DNA of 64,000 bases from the human T2T-CHM13v2.0 reference genome, Homo sapiens, in NCBI RefSeq assembly GCF_009914755.1, contig NC_060925.1, one strand, 5' to 3'. The position numbers and the translations under genes were made by a program. Below, piece after piece: positions 28,663-42,414 of this stretch. The stretch's first letter is position 1. Each line of letters begins with the position of its first letter. The notes under the pieces were generated by a model that saw only the letters and a list, made by a program, of their open reading frames with translations, was not told the origin of the DNA and searched no databases.

Positions 28663-30309
28663 CACAGCCATACGTTCACATTCACACACATACTCACACC
28701 CACACACTCACACTCATGAACACACTTACTCATATACAACCACATGTGCCAGCAATTTTGAACCTTTTGCAGATGAAAAAACCGAGGCTGAGAGATGAAG
28801 AGGAGCCTCTCCAGCCACAAGGTACATAAGTCAGAGCTGCACCCAGATCTGGGCAATTGACACCTGCCTGCTTCTCTCTCCTGCTCTCGGCTCCCAGTCC
28901 TGAGCAGTGAGTGAAGTCTAGGAGGAGAAGGGTCAGGGTGGCCACCATGGCCTGCCAACTGCCACCAACAAGCTACTGCACTCACATGGGCCAGAGACAC
29001 GCTTTCCATTGCTCATTACCTCGCACTCTGGCGGCGCCACGGGGGCACTCTGAGGGGTATAGATGTTGACGTCGACAGCAGTGGAGAAAAGAAGCATGGG
29101 GTGGGGGTTCAGGCCATGGGACAAACAGCTTGTGCTGCCTCCAGGGCAGTAGTAATGAGCTGGTCCATGTCCTGTCAATGCGCACCTTCTAGGAACAACT
29201 AATGAGGGCTCTTACAAATGACACCCAGCAGATAAAACACTCCCCTGAGTGTGGGCCCAGACTCAGTCTGAGGCCTTATGCTAATGGCCGGCTGCCTCAG
29301 TCAGGTGTCCCAGCTGCCTGGCTCCTCTCGAGAGACAGAGTGTGTGTAAGGTGGGTCCTGTTTTTAAACCTACAGTTTCTGTGCCTCTTCTGGGCCAGTC
29401 AGACCACTCTGAGAAGAAGAAGGGAAATTGTCCTGATGAGAAAAGTGAAATCTTTCTGAAGTGAGGGCGGAGAACCTGGGGAATCCTAAACAGAAATAGC
29501 GGAGGCTTGTTTTCAGATTTGGAAAGAGACGGTCTCTCTGCCTGAGTGGGTTTTCCATTTGAGAGGTCGGTGTCAGCCAGTGTGTGCAGACCAGGCCGCC
29601 TCACAGCCATGCGAGTCTAATTGTAGCCCAGAAGGGTCAGGTGAGCCAATTAAGTCCCTACAAACCCACACCCCCTTTCCTTGGGTACTTTGGAAGGCTG
29701 CTGAGGAAAATGGAACCCACTCTAGAGGCGGAGAAACGGATTGTTTTTAATTCCCACACACTCCAAGCCAAGCCAAACCTCAGAGAAGTATTTAGAGAAA
29801 GGATTTATAAAGTTGGGCAAAGTCAGTTACAGGGACTCCAAGCACCCTGATAAAACCTTCCCAGTTAATAGAAATCACACGCCGAGCCTTCCCCGAGACC
29901 TAGGCTGCGCCTCAGAGCCACGGGAGCCCCACTGTGCTCGTTCAGGGTCACCACAGAAGAGCCTCCCTGCTTTCTATACATGTGCTTTTATAAACCCCTC
30001 AAATTCCCAAGACTTCGTTCCAAGACACGACGCCTCACCTGAAATGACTCTCCTGGGCCTGGCAGCTCAGACCCCAGGGTATCCTCGGCACCTGAGAGAA
30101 CATTCTGGATGAGCTGGTGAAACCATGTACCTGGCCCTCGCTGTCAGGTGGCCCCTGCTCGTGGCTGAGCCAGCCCTAGACCATCCAGATCCAATAGGCA
30201 GACCCCACAGGTAAAGCCCCCAACGCCACACTTTCTCACTTCACCAATTCCGTTCCCACCCCTCAGGCCCTGCTCCACGTGAATCTGACCCATATATCCC
30301 TGGAAGGTA

Positions 30310-31043
30310 CAGCAGCACCCCCCAGTCTGCAGTTGAATGAACCATGGTCCAAAGACAGGTGAGTATGGTGCAGTCAGATATGTCGAGAGAAAGAGAAACC
30401 ACATTCACATAACTTTTGTTACAATATATTGTCATAAATTGTTCTATTTTATTATTGTTAATCTCTTACTGTGCCCAATTTATTAACTCAACTTCGTATT
30501 AGGTATGTATGTGCAGAGGAAACAGCAACATAGAGGCCCGTAGGCGTTATCGTTAGGATGTTTGTCCTGCAAACTGCATGTTGAAATTTGATCCCCAATG
30601 TTGGAGGTGGAGCCTAATGGGAGGTGCTTGGGTCATGGGGGCGAATCCCTCGGGAATAGATTAATGCCCTCCCCTGAGAGAGTGGGGAGTTCTTGCTCTG
30701 TTAGTTCCCTTGAGAGCTGGCTGTTAAAAAGAGCCTGGCACCTCCCCTCTCTCCCTTGCCTCCTCTCTCGGGCATAACTTCTGCACTCACTGGCTCCCTT
30801 CACCTTCTACTGAGAGTGGAAGCAGCCCGTGGTCCTTGCCAGATGCTAATGCCCGATCTTGACATTTTCCAGCCATCAGAATCATGAGCCAAAGAAGCCA
30901 CTTTCCTTTATAAATTGCCAGCCTTCTGTATTCCTTTAGAGCAACAAGAACAGACTCAGACAATAGGGTTCGGTACGATCTGAGGTTCCATGCATCCACT
31001 GGGGAGTCTTGTAACATAACCCCTGGGAAGGGGAGCTCTATTA
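30310..31043 (+). mobile_element. MER44A (Tigger-derived MITE), split by MSTB
   Basis: caggtgagtatgg...accacattcacataacttttgttaca...[LTR]...atagggttcggtac...gcatccactgggg. Confidence 0.8.
30545..30962 (+). mobile_element. MSTB-type MaLR solo LTR
   Basis: catgttgaaatttgatccccaatgttggaggtggagcctaatgggagg...gaatagattaatgccctccc...cagaCA; TSD GTAGG/ATAGG. Confidence 0.9.
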
Positions 31044-33690
31044 TATTAAGCCTTCCTTTGTCACCTCCTCAGACAACTCTTTCCACGGGGACTTTCTCAA
31101 TTTTTGCCCAATTTCCACATATATGAATTGAAGCCCACGCTGTGCGAGACACTGAGAGGTTATCATGATGGATTGACAGAGCTTCTCTCCTGGAAGAGCA
31201 GCTGGGGAGTTCTGCCTGGTCATATCAGGAAATGTCTGGGGCAGGGAGAGGACGGACAGCTATTAAACCTCAGGAGAAGCCAGAAAGGAGATCATGTCTG
31301 AGCTGGGGGCTGGAGGGAAGGGTAATGAGAATTCAGACCTGAGCAAAGATGGAGGCATCATTGGAGAGGAGACGGAGCAAATCCTGCAGTCAAAGCAGGA
31401 GCCAGGCTGGGAGGAATCCACAGGTGCTCGTGGGAAGGCAGCATCAGTGCTGGGAGGAGTCGGAGCTGTTCTCCAGCATCTGCTCCCCAACAGAGGTCAT
31501 GGTCCTGCCTCCACGATGCATTCCTGCCTTGCTGCTGAGTGGCCTGCAGGCTCCTTGACATTCGTCTTTCCATCAGGCACTTGGCATCACCCCTGGAACC
31601 CTATCTGGTGAATAAACAGGAACCATCTTTCCTCTTACAAGCATCCATCAAAGGATCTGAGCAGAGGAATGATGTGGTCGGATGGGAGCTTTAGGGAAGT
31701 ATCTTCACCATCCGATGAGAGAGAGGCTAGAAGGGACAAGGAAGGCAAGAGGCGGGTTAGGAGCTGATTGTGATAATCCCCTTGGCCTGGCTCCTCCAGC
31801 ACCGAAGCACTGCCCATGCCCAGTCCCCTCCATCTGAAGACCTGACTGCAAGCCCAGTCTCAGTGGCCCAGCTCTGGCCACCTGCCCTGAGCTCCCCTGA
31901 GCTGGCCCGGACCTTCTCATCCTCTCAGCCAGTGATTTGAGTCTGATCCTCAAGCCCGGCCATCACTGCATCCGTTCAGGTCACAGGTATTACTGCACAC
32001 CTGCTCTGTGCCAGGCAGCTCCTCGCCCACTGAGCCCCAGAGGATGTTCCCTTTGTGCTTTTGTTGGCACTTGTGGTGACAGAGGTGGCTGGTCACTTGT
32101 CAGGTCCTGGCAGAGTCTCTATGCCCACTCGCTTCACAGCAGAAGTGCCACCTCCTCCTTGGGCAGGCAAACCTGCCCAGGGGAGGGGTACAGGAGCCCT
32201 GAGGCAATCTCTTTGGCTTGGTTGTAGAGGCCCACTCTTCCTATCTTGGGAGCTCATAGGTTGTAAAAAGATGAGGGAATGGGCTTGGACAGGACCTATT
32301 TGCAGCCCTCCTAAGAAGGGCCTGGGCTTTTCTGACTTGGAGTTCCTGGTCCTTATCAGGCCCACGCATGGTGGGTGGAGAGGTCTCCTGCCAAGGTACC
32401 CTGCTTTGTTCCCAACTTCCCCTGCCTGAGTTTAAGTAGGGAAATACTTGGTTCCATGAAAAGCAGCTGTAATAAAGGTAGAGCTTCTCATACACATGAC
32501 CCACCCAGCCTCCAGCCCCTCAGGAAATGCCATGTGTAAGGACACACAGGTGGACCAAGGCAGCCAGAATAGGTTCTTGCCCCTTTGTGTGGAGCTCTTT
32601 CAGGCACTGCCGTCTCCTGGGCATCCCCTTTGCTGCTAGAGTCAGACCTCTGTGCAGACCAGAAGCAGCTTCCGCAGGTGGCACTCTGCAAAAGGCTCAC
32701 TTTCCATTCCTCAGCCTCCTGTCATCTGGCTGCTGCCACTGCATTCCCTACCTTCTTGCTTGCCCCTTCCTTAATGCCCATCTGTTTGTCTCTGTTTTTC
32801 CTGCTCCACTGCTTATACCCCAAGCCCCCAGCATTGCTGGTTCATCCCCTGGTGGTCCAAGTCCAAAGAGATTGCCCACTCCCTAGAAACGAGAAGCTCC
32901 TCTTTGCTTATCCAGACCTGCAGATGAGTGAAAAGCCACAGAGAAGATTATGTGGTTTGCAAACTAAGAAAAGAGGAGGTTGACCCCTGTATTAAATACA
33001 CTGACTCTTAAAAGCTACTCTAATTTGGAAGGAAAAAAGGAACTATTGAAGGATCCTTATTACTCCCTGAGAAATATTGCTGTCTCCCACTATTGCTCTG
33101 AAAGAACCAACTCATTGGTAAAAGGTTTCCAAGCAAATGTTATGCAGGACCTGTCAGGAGCTTGGACTTCACCTGTTAAAGAGTAGACCGCCATGAGGAA
33201 GCATGGCTTGCAAGCCAGGGAGGCAGGTGATGGCGCTGGAGCCCCACGGTGATATTCGTGGGAGCAGCACCCTCCCCACCTGGGGACGGGTTCTCCTGAG
33301 CAGGTGGATACTCCACGGCAGGGGCTTGCAGTCTGGTTTCCTAACCATATTCTCAATGGGACAGAGTCCAAGTTTCAGAGCGCAGAATCCTGACTCTGCC
33401 AGTTAGGACAGCCTGGAAAGCCCTGAGAGAAGCCTCAGGAAAAGCTGATCTTCCTGGAATAAAATTGTTTTCCTGCAAGTGGCCCCTGAGTATCCAAGGG
33501 CCCCAACGCTCCTAGCAGCTTTCTGAGTGGGAGTGACTACTCTTTAGAAAGAATTGATGCCATGTAGTAACTGGCTCCCCAGCCTGAACACAAGAGCGGG
33601 AGGGAAGAGCTGAACAATTACTCCATTGAAATCATCTTCACGTGCACTGCAGTGTGGGAAGGTGGTTTGATAAAGCCTGGCTAATGTTAA

Positions 33691-33952
33691 ATCTCTGTAA
33701 GGATTAAAGGGTTGATTCATTAATAATTACCTGCAGTACTATTTGCGATTCTGTTGCCCAAGACAACATCTTTTAGGGCAGCTTTCTTTTCATGGCCATT
33801 AAGAAATTATTAATAATTGTGATTTAGTGAGAAATTATTAATGACTTCTTAATGGGAGCGGAGAGAAAGCTGACCTAACAAAACCGTCATCTTGAGCAGC
33901 AGAATTGAAAATAGCCCTGTAGTTAATTATTATTAAAATCAGTTATAGAGAT
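33691..33952. repeat. Long imperfect inverted repeat (probable ancient palindromic element)
   Basis: Five nested complementary arm segments around a 14-nt loop at 33819-33832 (details under findings). Confidence 0.85.
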
Positions 33953-34847
33953 ATTCATTTTTTCATTAAGTAAAATATGTATTGTAGAATAGATACCCAA
34001 GTAATACGATTTTGAACGATACAGCCAGGATTTTTAAATGCTTTATTGTTGCTCCCATAAATTCCTCAACTACCAAAATTTGTGCTGGGAAAACTAATCC
34101 TTCCTATCTTGCTTTCTTGGGTCTCTAGAATTATCTTCCTTTCTGCCCTCAAAAGGATGTGATCTGCCACATTTCCAAACACCCGCTTCCCCTCTTGGGA
34201 TCTCTGTCTTGGTGGTTATATCCTTTCTGGAATATAATTGTGGGTGAACTTGCTTCATCATCTCATTTTTATTATTGTTATTATTATTTTTATTCCCTGA
34301 GGGGCACTAGGCCTAGGACATCTATACTTTGTGTTAAACACCATATGGTTTATCCACAACGCACACCTGGTAAATGTGTCTGAAATGACTACTCAAGCCC
34401 CGAATCAAAATGTGGTCACTCCCATGGTGTGCAATGGAAAACTGGCCCTCAAAGAGGCCGCACTGAGCGTCCAAGACCTGGGTACTACTGCCCCCAGTTG
34501 AAATCTTAATTTTAGTTCTATCCAAACTATAAAGCTAGGAAGCTTTGGCTCCTTCCCTAAAGAAGCCGCATTTCCCACTCATTGCCATGCCCCCTAATTG
34601 GAAGGAGAACCCACATTTTTTTTTCCTGAATCCAAAGTCTTAGTCTGGAAGTGGTGCTGTTCTCTACACCTTCATCTATGTTCTATCCTCTCAGCCAGCT
34701 TCTCCTCCCTAAACCAATGGACATCTTGAGAGCTCATGTTTTCATGTTCCTGTGGGAAGTTTTTAGACAAATAAAATTAGGAGATGTGGGATGTGGAGAA
34801 CAGACAAAAGTTAGACGGAGGGTCAGCATGACTATAAGATCAAATAA

Positions 34848-35195
<348 letters not shown>

Positions 35196-35653
35196 GCGGT
35201 TAGTGTTTTTAAGCACGAAGAAAAGAAATGTATTTCATCTGCTATCTGGATCCATGTGCTGTAACTAGAGACAAAATAATCCTTGAAGGGACCTGAAAAC
35301 TTACTTTCAGATGTTTTTCTGGGATACATCACTTTGCTAGGTGGTAACTCAGGCAAGCATAGAGGGTGTGACCGTACTGGTTTTCTTTATAAATCAGATA
35401 TAAGATGAGAAACAAAATGCATAAGGATGCCTCCACTAAAAGGTCAGAAGAAAGATGGAGGCGGTGGCACATGTAAGACAAGCTAGCAGAGGAGGGGGAA
35501 GGTGATGTGGAGGGAAATGAGGTTAAAAAAATTAACTGAAGAACATACATGGGCAAAGAAATTTAAAGATAAGGCTATATTTTGACTAAGCAGGTTTAGT
35601 CAGGCAACAGAGACAAAATTCCCTCAAAATTAATTTCAATGAACATAATTCTT

Positions 35654-35889
35654 TTTTATTATAGTTTTTAAATTTATATATAATAGTTGTGCATATTTTG
35701 GGGGTACGTGTGAGATTCTGATACCTGTATGCCGTGTGTGATGATCAAGTCAGGGTAATTGGGATATCCCTCAGCTCAGACATTTATCCTTTCTTTGTGA
35801 TGGGAACATTATAATTCTTCTCTTCTAGTCACTTTGAAATTTACAATAAACAACTGTTAACTGTAATTTTCCTATTGTACTATCAAATA
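35654..35889 (-). mobile_element. L1MA-type 3' end, 5'-truncated
   Basis: atattttgggggtacgtgtga...atgatcaagtcagggtaattgggatatcc; TSD CAATGAACATAATTCTT and CAATGAACATAGTTCTT (35637-35653, 35890-35906). Confidence 0.9.
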
Positions 35890-37183
35890 CAATGAACATA
35901 GTTCTTAATGACAGACATCAGAACTTAGAAGTTTTCAAGATGGGAGCAGAACAAGTTTTGATCAAATGTACACATTCTTAACTTGTGAACTGACCACCCC
36001 AATCAAAACAGATTTGAGCAGCACTCTGAGAGAGGACACGTTGGAAACCACAAAGGAAGTGGCTAGTGGGAAGGTGCAGGGATGGGGAAGCCCCAGGAGG
36101 CCTGGAGCCAGCCCTCAAACTCAGAGCCACAGCCAAGCGGACTACAGACAGCCATTCTGTTGCTGGAGGCATCAAAGCCTTGTATGAAAGAGGTCCAGTT
36201 CTGATGCCCACACTATCCACAAATGTTAATTCTTCTCAGTGAACCCCAAAGCAAACTTGTGAACAATGAGGGAAGCCTTCAATTAAACTTTTAAGCATTC
36301 TTGAACCTCCCCTCTGCAAATACTTATTTGTGTTATGGGTAAGTTTTGAGTTACAGATTGTCGACATGGGGGATGGATTCAAATGATTCAGCTACATTTC
36401 AAAAATTCTCAAGCTAGAGATCAAGTTTGAAATGAGTATGGATCTAGAAGAAGCTGAGAAAACAATTCTAGGAGATTTAGATGAACCAAAATGTATTTCT
36501 TCTCCCCAGTCCTAAACTAGTCCATGTTTTTGTTCTAAGTGGCCTGCTGTACTTTTGTAAAACAAAAAGACCACCCAAATCTCTAGTATTCTGCGGCCTA
36601 TATAATCAGTGGGCAGAGTGAATTTTCCTTCCTTGCCATGGACCAAGAAGAGCCTCATACACCCAACTGTGGCCTCACCAGATTGTTTTTAGCCTGATGA
36701 TGAGCCTCTATTAAACCCAGAATTTCTTTGTCCCAAAGAAGGGTCATGTGTGTTTAACAGACATAAAATCTGCACTAAGTGGGAGTCCTGGGCCAGCCTG
36801 CTGCGGCCTGTGCATGGTGAGAGGGAATCCTGCATAGCCCATCTGCTGCAGAAGAAGTTTCCAGAGAGGAAGAGAGGCCAGCCAGAGACAGAAGCTCGTC
36901 CTCCCACGTCTCTCTAAATGAACCTGGTTTCTGCTTTCCCCGGCTGCTCCCAGAACCATTCAGATCTCCCCTTACCCTCTATTTTGCTATTGACTTGTAG
37001 AGACAAGGCCCACTTGGGCCTGCTTAAAATAGAACTCCCTGCGCTGGAGCCAGTTCTATATCAGTGAGTGTGCGTGTATGCTGATTTTCTTTGTCCTCTT
37101 TATAAATGAAAAAACTAAAGGTAATTACAATAAGAGCTTTGTTTTTTTAAAATTAAGCTCTTAATAAGTATCATGAACTAGTC

Positions 37184-37484
<301 letters not shown>

Positions 37485-37489
37485 TCTCA

Positions 37490-37690
37490 GTTTTATAAGC
37501 ATTACCTTATTTGAACTTCACAAACAACCTGAGTGGTTATGAGCTGAGTATTGTTGCTATTATTAATCTATAAATGAGGAAACTGAAGCTCAGAGAGGCT
37601 TATTTACTCCCCCAACGCCACACAGCTAGTAAGTGATGGAGCCCAGATTAAAACTACTCAGTCTGACTCCAAAGTCTCTCCGTCTCCCTC
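37490..37690 (-). mobile_element. MIR
   Basis: ataaatgaggaaactgaagctcagagagg...cacacagctagtaagtgatggagcc...cagtctgactccaaag. Confidence 0.8.
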
Positions 37691-40600
37691 ATTCTCTACC
37701 CGTCCACACCACGGTAAGCTAGTTATCTAAAGGTACAAACAGGAGTTTTAACTTTTACTTTTACTCGTGAAAAATAAACCCCAGGAAATTTGAGCCATAA
37801 AAGCATCAGACCGACCCTTGGATTGTTCTGCAAAATCAATGCAGAGAAAGCAGAAAGGCTTTCATTGAACCGTGTAGCTAAAAATAAAAGACCCAACGAG
37901 CAAAGATTCCCTAGTGCTGGGCAGGAGAGGGGATCAGGGAAGTAGAAGAGAGAGGCAGCCTCTGAAGGGGCTCCCACACAAGTGCAGGGCGGCAGCACCT
38001 TAGCCGCAGAGCCCCGGCTGCTCTTCTTCCTGCCGGGACACCTGAGCCCACGTTCTCCTCTGCTGCTTGCCTCTTAGCACTCAAGCTGAGGTGTCGAGAC
38101 CACATCCCAGAGGGCAAATGGCAGACAGTTAAGGAGCTGAGCAGCCAGCTGGGGTTGCTTCTTCGTCCCCAGAAGCCCCGCCAGCAACTTCTGTAGACCT
38201 GCCCATGGCCAGGACCTCGTCACAAAGCCTCCTCTGGATGGGGGGCCAGCCTCTTGCAGCTGCCCACCCAACCAGGGTGCTCGTAGGTGTCAGGCAGGAC
38301 TCAGCAGCAGAGAGACAAGTCTTTCTGAAAGCAGAAAGGGAGTGCTCATGGGGAATTACATGACTCCCGGAATCATTAGGAGGCAGGTTCGCTTCCCAAA
38401 GCCACGCCACAGGGCTGGATGCGGAAGGACCTGCCTTCTGCTACAATTAGGGAGGCCCCAGTCACGCCGGGAAGCCAGGGCTAAAACTGCAATGCTTTTT
38501 CTAGGAGCTCTGCCCCTACATGGGTGCGTCCCTCCCTGCCTCTGTCTCTCAGCTTAACCCTGCCTCAAATTTAGTCTCGTGACAGAAAAATGGGACTAAT
38601 CTGATTGGCAGAACCCACATCACATCCAGAATCCTAGCGCAAAGGTGCTGGGAAGCGCAGACTTGCTTTCCAGCTGTTGCAGAACTAATGGCACAGAGGA
38701 GGAAGCTGGGGTGGATGCCACACACGCCCATCAGCCACGAGTTAGCAAAGGAAGCAGAGTCCTATTTCCAGGGGACTTTGGCTTCTGAGCTGCTGGTGGT
38801 GGGGGAAGGGAAAGGGAAGGGCACTGGGGTGAAAACAACCCTTCTTGCTTTCCTGTGCAGAGGACTCAGGATGTGGTTGGTGAGCCCATCATCTGGGGAG
38901 ACGCATGAAGGGGAAAGGGGGAAAGAAAGCTTCAAAAGAAACATGGCTGAAGGGTTCCTGTCCTGGAGAAGAAGGGGTGGTGCTGGCCGTGACACTTACC
39001 CTATTGCCTCACAGACCTGGAGCGATTGACCTCTCTTGTGCACACCAGGGAGTGGGAGGGACAGGGGGATGAGGACATAGGCCTGCCTTGAAGAGCTTGC
39101 ACCCTAATGAGAAAGCTAGAGCTGAGAAGCGCAAAGACAGGATGGAACAGGCAGGGTCCTTACAGTGCTACAGATGGGTAAGCTGAGGCCTGGGGGGTGA
39201 CCACCTGCCTGGCATCCCCTGTGCCAACCTCCACCCCCCAGCAGGCTACTTCCATAGCGATCCAGGCTTCAGAGCATCTCAGGTTCCAGAGAGGCTCCAA
39301 AACGCACCAACTCAAAGTCTGTTTTACTGGAAATGTTCATGAAAATCTATTCCATTACTATTTAGATTATCAAGGCACACCACAGGGTGAAGTTTAACAT
39401 GCAGCAAAACTTTTCTCAAGCCTCTTTTTCCAGCTCTCTCACTGATTCTCCAAAAATTCTCTCTTACTCTCTGCTCCCAGCAAAGCCTTGCCTCCTGGCA
39501 GCCCATGTGGGTGCCTGATTTTCTTCTGCTTCTTTTATTTAACCTCTACTCTTAATTCTCTCCTGCAAGGAAGTCTCTGATTCTTCTTCTGTAATTCCCA
39601 GCTGTCTCCCCACCACTTGCCTGCTTGAATCTCCATTTCTCTTTCTCTCTCTCCCTTGCCCTGATTCTAAATTGTAAAAGCCCAGAAATGGAGCTGGCAA
39701 AGATAGAATCCACTTTCGTCGGTGAAGGGCAGAGAGGTTATGAAGGCTCCTATTGCAAGCAATCATGGTCTCTGTTCACTCCCATAGCAAAGAGAGGAAA
39801 CGTGAATCTCCTTCTCTCGAGCAGGTAGCTTGGCGTTCATTACCCTTCTTAGGAGCACTCCATAAATGTCTGAATCTCAGCAAATGTGGCCCCCCACCTC
39901 CTCCCCATCTCTGCCCTTGAACACTTGGAAGATCTTTAGAACCTGTCATCACTTGCCCAGGTTCATGGCAAAAGCAGACCTAAGTTGGAAACACCTGGCT
40001 CTCAGCCTCTCCACCCTCACCCCTGGCTTCTTCTGCTGTCAAACTCCTCTGAGTTTTTAAGTACAAAATGTGACACTTTCTGGTGTTGACCAAGCTGGAA
40101 ACCAGCAGGTGCCCACATCTTAGACTACCCCTGCCCTCAACAGCAGCTTACATACTTAGAGTTTATTAAATCTGTTTACCACTACTCTGCACCTTAGCAC
40201 AAGCATTAGTTAATCCCCTGTTTGGAGATCAAACCCAAGAAACATTTAAATATGATCTCCTGCCCAGTGTGGCAAACAAATCATTTCCATCATGGAAAAA
40301 AACCAGGGAGGAAAACAATGGTGCATTGAAACCAGTTATGCAACACAATCCTCAGTGATCAAAGTCCTCTGGTTTTCAATTAACGCAGGACATTCAGAGG
40401 AAGAGGGCTGCCTGCTTATTGATTAGTTGATTGTTTATGAAATGAAGAAACCTCATCTTTTCTCTATATTCTACTACTGGCTAGGGGCCTGGGAAGTGAA
40501 AATTGCCACCAGCACCATCCTGCAAAGCAGAGAACATTCCATTTACTCCTCCTTGCTTCCTGGGTGCCAGCACCCCCATCTTACCCAAGCTAGACCCTAA

Positions 40601-40809
40601 GGAACCTCTAGTTTCTCCTTCCCCTCACCTCCTCATGTAATTTCTCCCCAAATAACATCACATTTGCCTGAGCTCTGCCTCTCAGATCCCTGCTCTCCTT
40701 TACTCCTGTCTCTTCATTACTCCTTTCTCACCAAGACAGTAACAGCAGCTTCCATCCTTGTCTCTTTCCTGTCAACCTATGTGACTGCTAATGCTATTCA
40801 ACTTTCTAC

Positions 40810-41075
40810 ATCTTAGATTGGGTTCTAACTGTCCTTTGACACAAGCCTTCCTTTGAGATGTGATTGAAAGTGATGTCTGTTACTTCTGGCAGAGCCTCAA
40901 GGGCCTGTACTCGCTTTGCCATGATCCTTTTTCCCTCTGCCATTGTGACTGACCATGTTCCTGATGAGGCTGCCCCACATGAGCCTGAGGAACAGAGTGG
41001 TACCACCCCACAAGGTCCACATAGCACAAGTGAACTACAATGCTTTATTTCAGTAACGCCACCCGTGTCTTGGAG
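40810..41075 (+). mobile_element. Old MaLR LTR fragment (MLT1J-like)
   Basis: gaaagtgatgtctgttacttctggcagagcc...ttttccctctgccattgtgactgaccatgttcc. Confidence 0.6.
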
Positions 41076-41184
41076 CTCTATGCCCTGAGTGATTCAGGAG
41101 GTGGAGAACAGCTCTGGTTGCTTCCTTCTTTAAAGAATATCATTACTTTCCCAAGCTAATGCATGAATTAGAATCTAAAATATA

Positions 41185-41320
41185 GGTCAGGCACAGTGGC
41201 TCATGCCTATAATACCAGCACTTTGGGAGGCCAAGGCGGGAGTATTGCTTGAGCCCAGGGATTCAAGACCAGCCTGGACAACACAGAAAGACACCATTTC
41301 TGTTACATAAATAAATAGAT
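41185..41320 (+). mobile_element. FLAM-like Alu left monomer
   Basis: Single left arm followed by an (AAAT)n tail. Confidence 0.85.
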
Positions 41321-41355
41321 AATCTGAAAAATAAAACAGGAATGCTAAGAGGCAA

Positions 41356-41873
41356 TGTTGTATAATAATAATTTTTGTTTAATGACTGGCCTTTGTCCCA
41401 GGCTCCTGGGAGGGCAAATCTAAATCCTTGGAATTTCCCACATAGTAGGAGTGTCTTTGTTTTTCAAGAGGCCCTGGATTGGACCACACCTGACTTTATG
41501 CTAATGAAGTGGACCATGGTGGTTCCTAGATAGCCTCAGGATGGGGCTGGTCATGCTAGAAAGACCAACCATGTGATAAGAGGGCTGGGACTTTGAGACA
41601 TGGAATATCAGTCTGACTTCCCATCCTCCAGGGAGGGAGAGAGCTTTAATAATAAAGCTGTAATCAAAGGTATAGCATTTGCCCAAGTTCTGTGAGTTGT
41701 TCTAGTGAGTTATTGAACCTGAGGAAGACCATGGGCACCCCTAGATTTTTGGTTGGTCAGTCAGAAGTAGGGGTATTGTTGTTGTGGGTCATGTTCTTTA
41801 ATCTTTGGGGTCTGTTCTAACTCCAGGAAGTTAGTGCCAAAATTGAATAGCAATATACCAATTGGGGTCAGAA
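41356..41873 (+). mobile_element. MER21-family LTR (internally deleted)
   Basis: ctaaatccttggaatttcc...ccacacctgactttatgctaatga...aggatggggctggtcatgctagaaagaccaaccatgtgat. Confidence 0.75.
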
Positions 41874-42414
41874 TCGCTAGAAAAATAGGTTAGGTGGTGG
41901 ACTTCACTGGGACATCCAGGCAGAGGTGGTGCCTTGGAATGAGGAAGTGGAGACAGAATGATATGAATAGGTGAGATCACTTCCACTGGAGTCCAAGCTA
42001 AGTCAGCTTCTTAAATCGTTCACATTCCCACCTCCTCACAGCCAAATGAGACCATTTCCTGCCCAGAGACTGGTTTCAGCTGGGCATCAATTTCCTGAAC
42101 AGGGAAACCTACCAAACTTCTCACCTCCCAGAGAAAATTGTGCCCTCACATGGAAGATGAGGAGAGCCTGCTCCTCTCATTCCAGCGGCTCTCTTCTGCT
42201 GGCATTCTTATTCTTTGCACACGTTTTACAATTCACAGTTACCGGAGGTGGCAGGTCCCAAAAGTCTCTTAATTTGTCTTCTAGAAACTTCTAAAAGCAC
42301 ACTCAAACATCAGGACAAAAGGGAAAAGTGTCCCCCTAGGATAGTTCACTGCTATTACATAAGTTTCAAAAATGGACTACCTAAAAGATGACTCAAACTG
42401 AAAATGTAATTCAC

